Positions 1-12,802 of a DNA stretch of 64,000 nucleotides are shown here, one piece after another (position 1 is the first letter of the stretch; the number at the start of each line of letters is the position of its first letter). The DNA comes from Epithemia pelagica. Lineage: Eukaryota; Protista; Bacillariophyta. The notes below the pieces were generated by a model. That model worked only from the letters and a program-made list of their open reading frames with translations. It did no database searches and was not told the DNA's origin. The DNA lies in the NCBI GenBank assembly GCA_946965045.2, contig OX337236.1, positions 992,001-1,056,000 on the forward strand, in the 5' to 3' direction. Made by a program: the position numbers and the translations under genes.

Positions 1-1213
1 ACTATCTCACGATAGTGTTGACCTAAAGCGGTGAAGGATACAATCCTTAACCCCCCACATTACGATACAACTATATGTTGTAATCGGTTGACTCTAAATT
101 CCTTGTTACTTCTTACTCTTACTCTTCTCTCACAGCTCTTTCTCCTTTCCTGAGTTCTCGCAAGGTTATGTGTTCCAAGTGAGGACGAAAGGCTAAGAGG
201 CTGGAGTATGAGAAGGATTCGACGAGTGCCCTACAAGTACGACCAAGTTATTCTGGGACCAAGGAGCGACGCTCAGACTCTCTCCCTCCCAGCCATCGAA
301 GATTGTCAGACAAAACAATCACGCGCCGGCCAACCTAGGGAGACAAGCGTGACGATCAATAGAGCCGTTGGAATCGCAGGGCGTTCCATTCGGAACTTAC
401 TTTTTCAAATCTTCTTCCGACTCTTTTGTCCGTATAAGATCCATCGCATACCAAAAACAACAGTGAACCCTTCACCAGATTGTTACCCTGGTTGTTATGC
501 TTCAGGAGGCCTTCACAAGCGTCTGACAATCCCGAACTCCAATCCCTTATGTCCTTGCTCTGACGAAGTGCCAGAAATGCCACGGATGCTTTCAAGACCA
601 ACGTCAGAACTCGAGAAAGAAGAAAGAGCCAAAAGAGCTCACTCTTTGAATTCACTACGTTCGGACGGCAAAGGCCTGATCACCTTTGGCGCCGTTCTAG
701 AGTTTAGAGAGAGATTTTGGCGCTCCCACTTCTATCATTTCTTTTCTTTCCCACCCTTCCCGCCCTGGGTATTTGGGACCAACAGGTTGTTCCGGCGCTG
801 ACATGGCAAGGCCCGGGCACCTGCTCCTAGATCATGGTTTCGGTTCAGCGAGAGATGACCGCCTGCATGCTGATGACGACAATTGCATGGTGCTACCTGA
901 TCGTCCCCATCACATACAATGGAGGAGTCACGGGATTCTCTTACTCGTTCTGGTTCCTGTATCCATGGAAGCGGTTCTCCTCACTATCTCACGATAGTGT
1001 TGACCTAAAGCGGTGAAGGATACAATCCTTAACCCCCCACATTACGATACAACTATATGTTGTAATCGGTTGAATCTAAATTCCTTGTTACTTCTTACTC
1101 TTACTCTTCTCTCACAGCTCTTTCTCCTTTCCTGAGTTCTCGCAAGGTTATGTGTTCCAAGTGAGGACGAAAGGCTAAGAGGCTGGAGTATGAGAAGGAT
1201 TCGACGAGTGCCC
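1..1213. repeat. Direct repeat: 1-231 recurs at 983-1213 (period 982 bp); left copy probably extends beyond the window
   Basis: ACTATCTCACGATAGTG...GACGAGTGCCC is identical in both copies except C92/A1074; the copies diverge right after GAGTGCCC (231 vs 1213). No TG..CA termini seen. Confidence 0.95.
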
Positions 1214-2749
1214 GGATGTAATCGATCATGACTACTCCTATCAAAAACTATGCGGGCTATGCCTCTTGCTACTAGAGAGAATAGGAGGGCATAGCTCTGC
1301 TCGTGGTGATATTGTACTCCTAGCGACCATGACCATGAACGGTAGATCGACGATTTTACCTACTCCTGCTCATACATACTCGTAGTAGGATTGATCATAG
1401 ATTTGGTGCCAGATTATTATTCCGCGTTCCGCGTGGCCATCTCCGAGGCAGAAGATTGCTCCTTTGGTCATGCTGATCGACGATTGTAATCGACTAGGAG
1501 TACGTATAGACCCACTTTCACTTTCCATGCCAATCCCAGACTGGTACTACGCGTACATTTTTTGTCCATGACTAATGACTGCCTTTTTTGTGCTTTTGCG
1601 CTTGCGCCTCTTCATCGTCCATTGTCCATTGTCTCTCGACTCTCGACATGAACAGTTCGAGTTGGCGTGCTCGAGACCATGAGCTTGGAACGGAAACCCA
1701 AGACGCCGGCATAATCCAGTGTTACGGGTTCTCAGTCGACCAACGGACATCCAGTCATGGATGTTGGCATTTGGGGCATATTAAGGTACTCGTATTTACT
1801 CGTATTCTACCTGATAGTTTCTGTCCGCGCGTCCTCTGTCGGCGCATTCCCACCTTGGACGTTGAGAGTCGAACGCCGAACCCCACGCACTCGCAACTCG
1901 CATCCATATCCATGATGATTTAGTTGTTCTTATGGCTCAAATTATACAAGACCAAAGCGGTCCACTCAAATTAAAAAGAATAGAAGACTCGTACCACTAC
2001 GAGTACTGGTACCTGGTACTCGTACTCGTACGAGTATTCTTGCTGCGAGGAATCTTGTCAATTGCCATGTCTACGAGGAGAAGAGAATCATTTGGGAAAA
2101 CCGTTATATATATTATAGCCCTTACTGGTTTGACCTGCCTCCATTTAACGATGACCGGAATGACAACGACGACGTTGCTCGTAGTTCAGCAGACGAGTAC
2201 ACTTTTTTTCAAAAAGTGGCTAAAAGTTTCTTGGAATTTCACCCAAAAATGAGGGGAAAATTCAAAAAGTACCTCGGCACGCATCTTGTCAAGTCTTGTG
2301 AAAGATAGGGCTGAAACATGGATCTTTTACGGTTGTTATTAGATAGCAATGAAATTTTGGGGTGACGCATATTTTACTATTGCCTCTGCAGAGAGCGCAT
2401 GCTGACGCTTCTTATGGCACCCATTGCTGGCTCGCGTTCAGGGTCTTCGTTGCTTTTTTTTACAATTGCCCTCGTTCAATTCCCCGCTATTCTATACTCC
2501 GATCATGTGCTCGCGCCTTTGTTTTGGCTGTTGCAAAAGACCGTCGGCACCAATGGATGAACCCGCTTTTGAAAAAACGATAAACCATAATTCGGCCACA
2601 ACAAACAAGCAACCACCAAGAGAAACCACCGCATCATCGTTCATCGTGCCCGTCATCGAAACATCTTGAGAGTGATTATAACATCATTCATCGAAAGATC
2701 AGAGTAGTTCAAACGGTTCCTCTCTTCAATTTCATCAACCAACAGCAAC

Positions 2750-3523
2750 ATGTGGATGCTTCGTATCTCCTTACTCCTACTCTGGTCAGCATGCGCAGGT
2801 GCCTGCGATTTCTGTCCAAACAACCTTAATACTTACTATACCGATGGTCCCGTTGGGGACCTCGAGAACTGGAATCTTGGTTGGTTTGGTCCAGCAGATG
2901 GTGGTCGATATTATACATGCAATGACTTGTATTTGGCAGTGCTCGGAGGTTCCCCCTTAACAAGACCAGGTTTTGATGGTACATGTAACTCAGCTAAGAC
3001 AAATTTCGACCGTGCTTGTTGCTACGGTGAGGGCACACAAGCTCCGAACGCAGCGCCATCACAAACACAATTCTCATATCCCCTTGGAATTGAGCCTGAG
3101 TGTGATATCTGCAAGCACGGCGATCGACCCAAGGTTAATGCACAGATTTTCAGTAACTTCATCCCAGGAGGAAGTCAATCTTGCCTTGAACTGTACGGGC
3201 TGGGACGTACCAAGAATATTCAGGGTGCAATTTGCTATCCGCTCCAAATTTTTGCCCATGGACCCTGTTCCTGTGACGATACTGCTGCGCCTACGGGTTC
3301 GGGTCCCTCGATTGCCCCTGCTCCGACCCCACAACCGACCATACCGAATAGAGAGGTACGACCCGATCAGTACAGCAAAAACTTGTATAAGCTAGCCTAC
3401 CTCTCGGGATATCGAACGTGCCGTGGAGGATCCCATTGCTTCGTCAACAGACAACTTGAAAAAGGGGAAGACAGCAGCAAGCTACGTGGAGTCTACGGAG
3501 AACTATCAACACCGATGACATAA
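2750..3523 (+). CDS. Secreted Cys-rich protein (257 aa) with two CxxC...C...C...CxC modules and Pro/Thr linkers
   Basis: ATG ORF with hydrophobic signal peptide (MWMLRISLLLLWSACAGA); modules CDFC..TCNDL..TC..ACC and CDIC..SCLEL..IC..CSC; APTPQPT linker. Confidence 0.75.
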   Translation: MWMLRISLLLLWSACAGACDFCPNNLNTYYTDGPVGDLENWNLGWFGPADGGRYYTCNDLYLAVLGGSPLTRPGFDGTCNSAKTNFDRACCYGEGTQAPNAAPSQTQFSYPLGIEPECDICKHGDRPKVNAQIFSNFIPGGSQSCLELYGLGRTKNIQGAICYPLQIFAHGPCSCDDTAAPTGSGPSIAPAPTPQPTIPNREVRPDQYSKNLYKLAYLSGYRTCRGGSHCFVNRQLEKGEDSSKLRGVYGELSTPMT

Positions 3524-4503
3524 AACAACCGGTTGGGTATGGCTGTTTTCGATGAAGAATGAAGACTCTCGATTCCCCAACAAACATTGAACTGCGGTGA
3601 TTTCCCTTAGATTTTCCTTTGTACTACATTGTTTGTCGTGATATATCTTCTCACGACCTCTGTTGATGCCACGGAGCAAAATTGTAAACTAAAGAGCATT
3701 CGCGATACTAATTCTCCTCCATCTATTCCGCATTGTAGTTTGGAGCTTTCGCAGTGTCAACGCGATTTTGTTTCGAATCCCGCAACAGAACCTCAGTATT
3801 CTTTAGGGTAGTCATTGCGAACTCGCACAAGTGGCGCAAATAGAATGAGAATGCTCATTGAAAGGGAAAATACGATTCAAGAGGTCAAACTCAGGACCTT
3901 GTCAAGTTATCGACAAAAAATAATCTCTAGTGCGAGAAAAGTTTTGTGATGAGCGGTGCATCACACTCCCATGTGCCTCGAGGAGAACTAGCTTTGCTCA
4001 ATCAAAAAGAAGTATTCCTAGGTAGAAATCTTTTTGGGTCGACTCGGAGAGCTTCATGATGTGGATAAGTTATGCGCCATGTTTATTCAGTGTTTATCCA
4101 CATTGTAAATACGAGTAGTCAGTGTTTGCAAATCTATCTCATGGAACACCAGAGGGAATTTAGACTTAAGTCTTCCTCTGGCTCTGGTCTCCTATTCTAT
4201 TTCCGGGTCTGGAACTGGAACAGTGCAGGCCTAATCCCGATAGAATGGCCTCATAGACTTGGGGATTTGGGATACCTAGTCATTTGAGGCCTGGTTCTAT
4301 GATTCCATTTTTCCAGTCGCGGAGAAAAAGAAATTGACTTCAGTTATGGATTGTTTAAAACGAAATGTGTAGCGATACAAACCCTCAGCAGTAGCCCGGA
4401 GCATTCTGCCAGCCGACCGCAGGGACAACAATTCGCTGAGTCCTGAGTTCCAACCAGAAGGAGCCCTTCCTTTCTTGTCTTGCGCATTTCCTGCAAAACC
4501 ACC

Positions 4504-5488
4504 ATGGTCAAACCAATCCCTGACAACGTTAAAGAGATTCTTGGACAGCTTAGTGGTCCACAACAGGTGGCAATCCGAGGTTACATTGCAACATTGAGAT
4601 CGGAGATTAAAGATTTGGAAGCAGATCTCTTGGCGAAAAATGATCCGGACCCTCACGCTCACTATCATGGTCACGAAAAGGTACGGACGAACATTCAAGT
4701 TTCACTTCCCGATTGCACGTATGGACAAAGGATGAATCTCACACATTATCTTGTCACTCCCATTTTTGCTTGAATATTGGATTTCTGGTCGGCAGTGCAC
4801 CGAGGATCATGGGCACGACCACAAAGACCACGACATGAAGGTATGCGCCCATAATCCAGACGGGTCCTTTCAACTGGAATTGACAATTAATCTATATATG
4901 ACGTGACAAGTTTACAGTTCGGCTCATGATGATATTTTTCTTGTTTCTAGGACCACGATCATGAACACCAGAAAGACGAACACAGTAAGTTGATATCTCG
5001 AGGAATCGAGTTTTTTCTGCGTCATTATCTGCGTCCAATGTCCGCTCATCGCAACCCTTTTTCATGTTTCAGGTCACAAACACCATGATCACAAAGAGCA
5101 TGACCACAAACATCATGATCACAAAGAGCATGACCACAAACATCATGATCACAAAGAACATGACCACAAACACCATGATCACAAAGAGCATGACCACAAA
5201 CATCATGATCACAAAGAGCACGATCACAAACATCATGATCACAAAGAGCACGATCACAAAGAACATGACCACGGGAGCCATGGACATAAGCATCACGACC
5301 ATGCATCGGAACACGATCATGAGGCGAAAAAAGCCAAACAAGAAGACGAGGATATGCCGGACTGGAAAAAGAAAGCATTGGCTAGTGGATCGAGCAATGA
5401 TCCAATGGCCGCTCCCTTTGGTGGAAACTGGAACACGGAGACCAGCATTAATGCCAAAGACGATGGCGACAGCAAGATGGAGGAATAA
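4504..5488 (+). CDS. His-rich protein, 4 exons (4504-4680, 4796-4840, 4951-4984, 5073-5488), 223 aa
   Basis: Three GT-AG introns (4681-4795, 4841-4950, 4985-5072) give a continuous frame: MVKPIPDNV...HAHYHGHEK|CTEDHGHDH...(HHDHKEHDHK)6...MPDWKKKAL..DPMAAPFGGNW..KMEE*. Confidence 0.85.
5081..5260 (+). repeat. Six tandem 30-bp units encoding HHDHKEHDHK
   Basis: CAC/CAT-CATGATCACAAAGAGCATGACCACAAA repeated 6 times with only synonymous-type variation. Confidence 0.95.
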
Positions 5489-5915
5489 CCAAGTGAAAGA
5501 ACCTTTGAAGCGATCGAATGGGCCTCCTAAGACACTTTCAGGGCTCAAAGAAACCCATTCGTTCTGTGCAATCACATAGTTCAAGCGTTTTCGTTGCTTG
5601 TGGCGATATAAAATGGATTGGGGTTGTCAAAATGTGGATGCAACTTGCTAGCCCGGTTTGGATTATGTATGTACATTGTGCTCCGACGGGCGTTTGTAAA
5701 GCTGGTTACTCTAGCTATGAACAACAGGCTTCTGCGTTCAATTCAATGCAGTAGGAATTAGGAGCCGTATGACCCTTTTCATGTCGTCCATGATGTTTTG
5801 TTTCAGCGTGGAAATCGGCTCCAGAAGACGGAAGGTGAAAGACAACATTGCCTCCATTATTTGGGAACAGATGCAAAGAGCCGAGAATTCTGCTTCAGCG
5901 TTGCTCCAAAGTAAT

Positions 5916-6788
5916 TCATTCGTTGAATGGTTTCTTGGTCAATGTCAATGGATGCTTTGACGGTCCAGACCAGTAGACGTGTTTGGAGCACTTGGATGAC
6001 CAAAACCGTCGCTGATGAGGTTGTCCTTCTCCATCTCGTGAGCGTTTGCGGTAAATGACAAGATTTTCCATTGGACGAACAAGTCGCGCCGTCCAATGGT
6101 CTCGGTTGGATAACTCGTCAAGAGCTTCGTCATTGGACTTGTCGTCGTCGTCGTCATCTGTGCTCGTCTGCGACGTGAGTGGTTGCGTATGAACCGTCAA
6201 CATGCCATATAAATTCCCAAATACAACATCCGTCAAGATGCGATCTCCAATCACACACAAGTGAGGAGCCACGGAAGCAGCCATGAGCATTGAATCGCCA
6301 GGGCTGTCGTCCTTGTCTCTCTCAGTGTCGTCATTCGTTGGTCGAGTCGACAACACGGGTGGTTGTTGGTTCGGCAACCTCGATTCGAAATGCTGAACGA
6401 CTTCCGACAAGCCCCCTGGTTTCTTTTCGACATGACGAATGACGGCAATTCCCAACGAATCTTCAATGGCTTTCGCGGACGCATACTCCGGATCTTCGCT
6501 TCTGGTTCCAGCCGAGTTGCTCAAAATGGCCACCCCCTCCGAGCTGAATACCCGCATTGCCGACTCTAGGCCCGCTTGTGCTGTAGGGTGTACCATCTTG
6601 GTCTCGTAAGGAATGGTCAGCGTGTTGTCCTTGTCAAAAATGACGGCACGAATACCGGCATGATCCTTCATGGCTTGAAAATCCAATTCGGAAACATTCG
6701 ACACGGACACATGGGGAACCATCAAGCTGGGACGTCGAAGGACCGAGGCAAGCGTAAAAATGGCTTTTGTATTGATGGCCTGCACCAT
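5916..6788 (-). CDS. Phosphatidylglycerophosphatase, GEP4/PGPP1-like HAD IIIA phosphatase (290 aa)
   Basis: HAD motifs VIFDKDNTLT, ILSNSAG, KKPG, VIGDRILTDVVFGNLYG. Confidence 0.85.
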   Translation of the reverse strand: MVQAINTKAIFTLASVLRRPSLMVPHVSVSNVSELDFQAMKDHAGIRAVIFDKDNTLTIPYETKMVHPTAQAGLESAMRVFSSEGVAILSNSAGTRSEDPEYASAKAIEDSLGIAVIRHVEKKPGGLSEVVQHFESRLPNQQPPVLSTRPTNDDTERDKDDSPGDSMLMAASVAPHLCVIGDRILTDVVFGNLYGMLTVHTQPLTSQTSTDDDDDDKSNDEALDELSNRDHWTARLVRPMENLVIYRKRSRDGEGQPHQRRFWSSKCSKHVYWSGPSKHPLTLTKKPFNE

Positions 6789-7038
6789 ACTTTTGCACTG
6801 ACAAGTGACACAAACTTTCGCTCACTTTTTCAATGCCACCAACTCTCCCAGAAGTCCAGTGTCTGTGTTTGATAGAACAATTCGACAGACACTCATTTTT
6901 GTGAAGGGATCGTGAGGAGCAGATGGATCTTTGATCTTTCTCTTTGTCTTCGCTTCGGGGCGCAGTCCCGAATCTTGGTTGGAAAAATGTCCGTTCCCCC
7001 GAGTACTCTTGAGTGGTATAGTGGTGCTGTCTTTTTGA

Positions 7039-8138
<1,100 letters not shown>

Positions 8139-8342
8139 GTACATATCGCAGTCGACGCAAATCAGCACTGTCTTTCTATCATCATACACCGTGCCGTTTG
8201 TGGGCAGAGGTTAAACAATCATGTCGACGACGTTGTTTCTAATCGAAGCCTACTTCGTTCGTGATCTATTATTATAAACAAGTTCTTATCTCCGAAGTAG
8301 ATGCATGATATCACTGGAACTATTACGAAGGAGGGTGAGGTG

Positions 8343-10517
8343 CTACCGCTCTCTGAGACCGAACCTTGAAAGGGGAAGCAGTTCTTGTAGGACGGCATTG
8401 GACCATTCCTCCAACTCCTGTTGGACGGTGGCTCGATCAACCCCTGGGCGACCTCGTAATTCCAAGTAGTACTTGAATTTAGGCTCCGTACCACTTGCGC
8501 GGAACTGGGCCACTCCTCCATTGGTGAAGCGAATCGTGACCATGGGCGAAGATTTGCTCGTGGCCAACACTGGACGTTTATCAGTAGTCGTCGAGTCGTA
8601 GCCTGGTTCACCTAAATAGCGGATCGAGGCAATCTCGTAGAACTTGATCTCGTCGTCGTCGTCGTCACCCGAATGCACACCAGGAATGCGCAAGCGCTCA
8701 AATGTACCACCCTGAGTAATGTGGTCCATTATCAAAGGAATGTTGGATGGATCGTCCAAAAGAAAGTATCCATTGTTGGATACAAATTCCCCGTAGCGCT
8801 TGTACAAGGATTGCAAATGCTTAACGAGACAGCCATTCGTATCGTCGTCTTCGCCATGTTGGTTGTACACGTACATGGCGAGTTCGACCAGGACAGCACA
8901 AGCACTAATGCCATCCTTATCGAAGATAACGTCCCCACAGCAATACCCCAGCGCTTCTTCATAGCAAAACACTTGTCGATACTTGCCCGATTTGGCCAGT
9001 TCTGCTGCCTTGGATCCAATCCACTTGAATCCAGCCAATGTTTCTTCGTGATGAAAACCCTCTTGTTGTGCCATGGCGGAGAGCACTTTGGAAGATACTG
9101 TGCTGCTACACATGCTCACTTGCATTTTCCCATTCATATTATCTTCTCCTTTGGTTTGGAAACGACTCCACAGCCAGTGCCCCAATAACAGCCCAATTTG
9201 ATCCCCTGCAAAGTCCGTCCATTCTCCTGTTTTGGGATCGTATTCACTCACACCCATTCGATCAGCATCTGGATCATTGGCTAGAACAAATACACAACCA
9301 TTCTCCAATGCGAATTGTTTCGCTAGCTGCAAGGCTTCTTTTTCTTCTGGATTTGGAAAGGCAACTGTCGGAAATCGTGGATCTGGCTGTTCCTGCTGGG
9401 GAACTGAAACAAATGGAGGCAAACCAAACTGTTGAAAGGCCTCCTTCACATATCTGTGACCAACACCGTGTATGGACGTGTAACAAAACTTGGGGGTGGT
9501 CCTCGCACTATTGCCGGAACTCCGCGTGGAGGCAGACGACACCAAGCCAGAGTTGAGAATGGAACGATAATATGATGACATCAACTGCTTGGTTTCGTGT
9601 GGTCGACTCAATCCAATGCAAGGGTCGTGGGGGAACAAAGCCTGGCGTTCCCGAACAAGGCGTTGATAATCGGTCCAGGGCACCAGGTTTTGTTGAATGG
9701 ATGCGGCGATGCCTTGATCCGTCGGCGACCGTATTTGGCATCCGTCTGTCCAAAACACCTTGTATCCCGCATCGTGCGCAGGATTGTGACTAGCAGTGAT
9801 CATGACGCCGATCGTCGTCTTGGTGGAACAGCCCGTAGGTCTCATTCCAGAAATGTCGTCCGAAACGTTTACTGATTCTTCCTGTGGAGAGGAGTCATTC
9901 ATTTCCACTTTATCCCCCTCTGTAGAATTGGTCATTGTCATTTGTTCAGGTACATATCTCAGTACGCCATAGGATACCAGTGGAGTTGGAACAAATCCGT
10001 CCATCAAAAAACAATCAATGCCCGCTTCCATAAACACCAAGGCAGTAAATATTGCAAATGATAAGGACGACACATCATATGGTTCATCTACGCTGGATCG
10101 ATGATCATATCCAACCACGGCACGAATTCCTGTGTGTTTGTCCTTGTTCATGTTTTCCAGAGACCGGTGATTGTTCGAGTCATATGCTATGGCGTTTTCT
10201 TTCTCTACGCCACCAGCATAGTGTTCTTGAATGACATATCGAGCCAATCCTTGTGCTGTTTGTACGACAACCAGATCGTTCATACCCATTGGTCCAGGTT
10301 GCATGCGAGCTCGTAGGCCAGCTGTTCCAAACTGCAAACGATCGGGTGGGAAGAGACTGGTCAATCGTTCTTCGCAATAGGCGACGTGTTGGTCATCATA
10401 GTCAAGCGAAGCAGATGATGAGGGACCAATAAAGCCTTGAACATATTGAACTGTGGTCGGATTCGGATCATGCTGGATCCATCCTTGTGCGCGCTCCAAA
10501 ACATCCAGCGAGAGCAT
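8343..10517 (-). CDS. Phosphoglucomutase/phosphopentomutase, PGM2-type alpha-D-phosphohexomutase (724 aa)
   Basis: FGTAGLR, phospho-Ser loop MITASHNP, metal loop ANDPDADR, EEALG, RASGTEPKFKYY. Confidence 0.93.
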   Translation of the reverse strand: MLSLDVLERAQGWIQHDPNPTTVQYVQGFIGPSSSASLDYDDQHVAYCEERLTSLFPPDRLQFGTAGLRARMQPGPMGMNDLVVVQTAQGLARYVIQEHYAGGVEKENAIAYDSNNHRSLENMNKDKHTGIRAVVGYDHRSSVDEPYDVSSLSFAIFTALVFMEAGIDCFLMDGFVPTPLVSYGVLRYVPEQMTMTNSTEGDKVEMNDSSPQEESVNVSDDISGMRPTGCSTKTTIGVMITASHNPAHDAGYKVFWTDGCQIRSPTDQGIAASIQQNLVPWTDYQRLVRERQALFPHDPCIGLSRPHETKQLMSSYYRSILNSGLVSSASTRSSGNSARTTPKFCYTSIHGVGHRYVKEAFQQFGLPPFVSVPQQEQPDPRFPTVAFPNPEEKEALQLAKQFALENGCVFVLANDPDADRMGVSEYDPKTGEWTDFAGDQIGLLLGHWLWSRFQTKGEDNMNGKMQVSMCSSTVSSKVLSAMAQQEGFHHEETLAGFKWIGSKAAELAKSGKYRQVFCYEEALGYCCGDVIFDKDGISACAVLVELAMYVYNQHGEDDDTNGCLVKHLQSLYKRYGEFVSNNGYFLLDDPSNIPLIMDHITQGGTFERLRIPGVHSGDDDDDEIKFYEIASIRYLGEPGYDSTTTDKRPVLATSKSSPMVTIRFTNGGVAQFRASGTEPKFKYYLELRGRPGVDRATVQQELEEWSNAVLQELLPLSRFGLRER

Positions 10518-10548
10518 TTGTGCCTTCCAGGGTCCGTTTGTCTCGCAA

Positions 10549-11213
10549 AAATGAGCTCTTGTGCGAAGTCAAGACGATCAATTCGACGAAAAGACGTGTT
10601 TGATAATCCTTATGAAGATCCTGATAAGCATGGAGACGTCCTGAAGTGGGTCGACGATAGCGAAATCAAAGATGAACCAGGCGGAATCACATGCTCACCT
10701 TATTTGTCATGGTCAATTGTCGTAAATTTTTCAGCCCACGATAATCGACACATCATAAAAAAGGCGACGATAGCCGCGACCACGATTCGGATGTCGGATG
10801 TCTTCCTTCAATGTCTGATGGGGGGGGGAGGAAATTCCCCTACAAACAATGCTATACTCCGTTTGAAACTGTACACTCCAGATCAGTCGGAGCTTCCGAA
10901 CCTTGAAATGGCTCATCTTATGGATCTTGGCCAACCGCGAGAGAGTTCTCGAATCTTTGACGAGAGTGACCTGGACACGGACATCTATCGAGTACGTCAA
11001 AACTGCGTGGATTTTGGAAATTGCAATGTGAAACATCCTCTTTTTGTGCGTTTTACTTGTTTATTTTCAATATTTCCTGCTTATTCCCATTTATGGCCTT
11101 GTATTTTGTGCTTGTTTTCGGTTTGTTGCGCTCAGTTCAACCAAATTCGAACCAGTCTTTTGTTGTGCCCAGCCGCAAAAGGAAGCGCTTGTTGGTGCTT
11201 GGGTTTGTGTTGA
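10549..11213 (+). CDS. Hypothetical ORF (about 220 aa), no recognisable motif
   Basis: Stop-free frame from ATG 10549, only 31 bp from the PGM start on the other strand; the C-terminal third looks non-coding (T-rich, Cys/Leu/Phe). Confidence 0.25.
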
Positions 11214-11335
11214 CCGAACTCTTTGCTGCGATCTCTCTCGTTGTTGTGGAGCCGTGACCATCTACCGTATTGTGAAATTGTCTATTAAAGGCACCTTCAG
11301 TGTTATCGAAGAAGTGCATATCAAAGAATTTGAAC

Positions 11336-12053
11336 ATGTCAGCGAATCAAGCATCAGCCGAGCTGACCGAAGAACAAATCGCCGATTTAAAGGAGGCCTT
11401 TGCCATGTTTGATATAGACAATAGCGGTGAGTGATAATCGGGTTGTCTCATATATTACACTCCTTCAGTACAACTGATTGGTGAAGACTGTGATATAATG
11501 AGGTCTGGGATCATTCTGAACGGAGGAGCAAGTGTGAAGCGGGCACTGCACACTGGTGCTCGATACCTCCATCATAGTATGCGAAGGGTGCTGCTTGTTG
11601 GATGTTTTATCTAACGAGTTGCTTGGTGCCTACATTTCAACTGTTTTCTTGTTTTCTCTCCTCTTGTTGTCTTTCTCAGGAAGTATTGAAATTGACGAAC
11701 TCAAACAAGTAATGGGAAAGCTTGGTCCTCAGGTGCCGACAGAACAGGAACTTGCTGAGATGATATCAAGTGTGGATGACGATGGCAATGGGGAAATCAG
11801 TTTTGACGAATTTCTTGTTTTGATGAAATCGCGAATTGGATGCCCAGATCCCGATCAAGAGCTACGGGATGCCTTTGCAGTGTTCGACACCGACGGTTCT
11901 GGAGCGATTGACCGGAAGGAGTTGAAACGTCTCATGAAGAAATTGGGACAAAAGTTGTCGGAACCTGAACTTGACGCCATGATGGACGAAGTTGATACCA
12001 ATGGGGATGGCGAGATTAGTTTCGAGGAGTTCAAGGCTCTGATGAAAGACTAA
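11336..12053 (+). CDS. Calmodulin-like EF-hand protein, 2 exons (11336-11426, 11680-12053), 154 aa
   Basis: [31 protein letters not shown]|SIEIDEL...; EF loops [48 protein letters not shown]; GTGAGT..CTCAG intron restores frame. Confidence 0.92.
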
Positions 12054-12802
12054 TAAATTTGCACACGTCTGAAGAGAAATGGCTCATCGTCACGAAAAGA
12101 TTGTGGGGGAATTGTGGAAGCATTGCTTTGGGAGCTTTCTCCCACCGTAATCTCGCGGTTGATGTCTTTCATTACTCTTTGATCTTGTCTTGGGTTGGTG
12201 TTATACTTTGTACTACTTCTAGACCGGATTCCCATTGTCTTGTTCACTTCATCACCAACATGGTTGGTGGCACAACGGTCTCAATTCAAAAATTACGTAT
12301 TAAAATGGCCAATGTAAAAATGCATTCAAAATACTCCGCATTCTACCTTAGGCGAAGGCCCGTGTATGTCAAACTACCTCCTCCATTGCAATTGATGCTA
12401 CAAGCACAATTCTATGTCCTCAAGGAATTCAACACAATCGCTACTGTAACGGAAGTGTCGCACGCTTGCAGTCAAAGGCCAAAAGATATGCGAGAGGAGG
12501 TCATTGACCAGAGCCACACAATACTAGTCCGCTGCCAAGATTTGGAACATTTTCTCCATAGGGCGTGCCTTTTGTCCGATCGATAGTGTGGACGAACCAC
12601 GATTTGGATCGATAGAACGACGTATTCTGAACAAGTTTCACTGATCTATTGACAGCCGCACGTTTCATGCATTCCATGAATGTGATCATTCGTGAGAGCG
12701 GCTAACAAGCGAACTCATGCAAAGGTGCACAAAGAATTGTCGACCCTCGTACCTTGACAGCGTGTGGGTTGTATGGCACTGCATCATCTTTTCTCACATG
12801 TG

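Noticed and set aside
160-195. GTGAGGACGAAA, identical to the 3' half of the textbook hammerhead ribozyme core (also at about 1161-1172)
   Set aside because: The required upstream CUGANGA and the pairing strand of stem II are absent; CTGACGA..GAAA at about 560-577 also cannot form stems II/III.
356-655. Minus-strand ORF containing LVCDGSY, reminiscent of an RNase H first motif
   Set aside because: Only 99 aa, with no further RNase H residues; may be chance.
1214-2350. Recurrent TACTCCTA/GTACTC motifs and small hairpins suggesting a DNA-transposon relic
   Set aside because: No paired TIRs, TSD or transposase fragment could be identified.
5046-5584. Alternative-frame ORFs (MITK, CDHD, VMMF repeats)
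   Set aside because: Shadows of the 30-bp His repeat; only the His frame is joined by canonical introns to a start codon.
11427-11525. Box C/D-like words (GTGATAA, CTGA) in the CML intron
   Set aside because: The C-like box overlaps the 5' splice site and no rRNA-complementary guide was recognised.
12059-12586. 175-aa ORF after the CML gene
   Set aside because: TTG start, no motifs, UTR-like composition.
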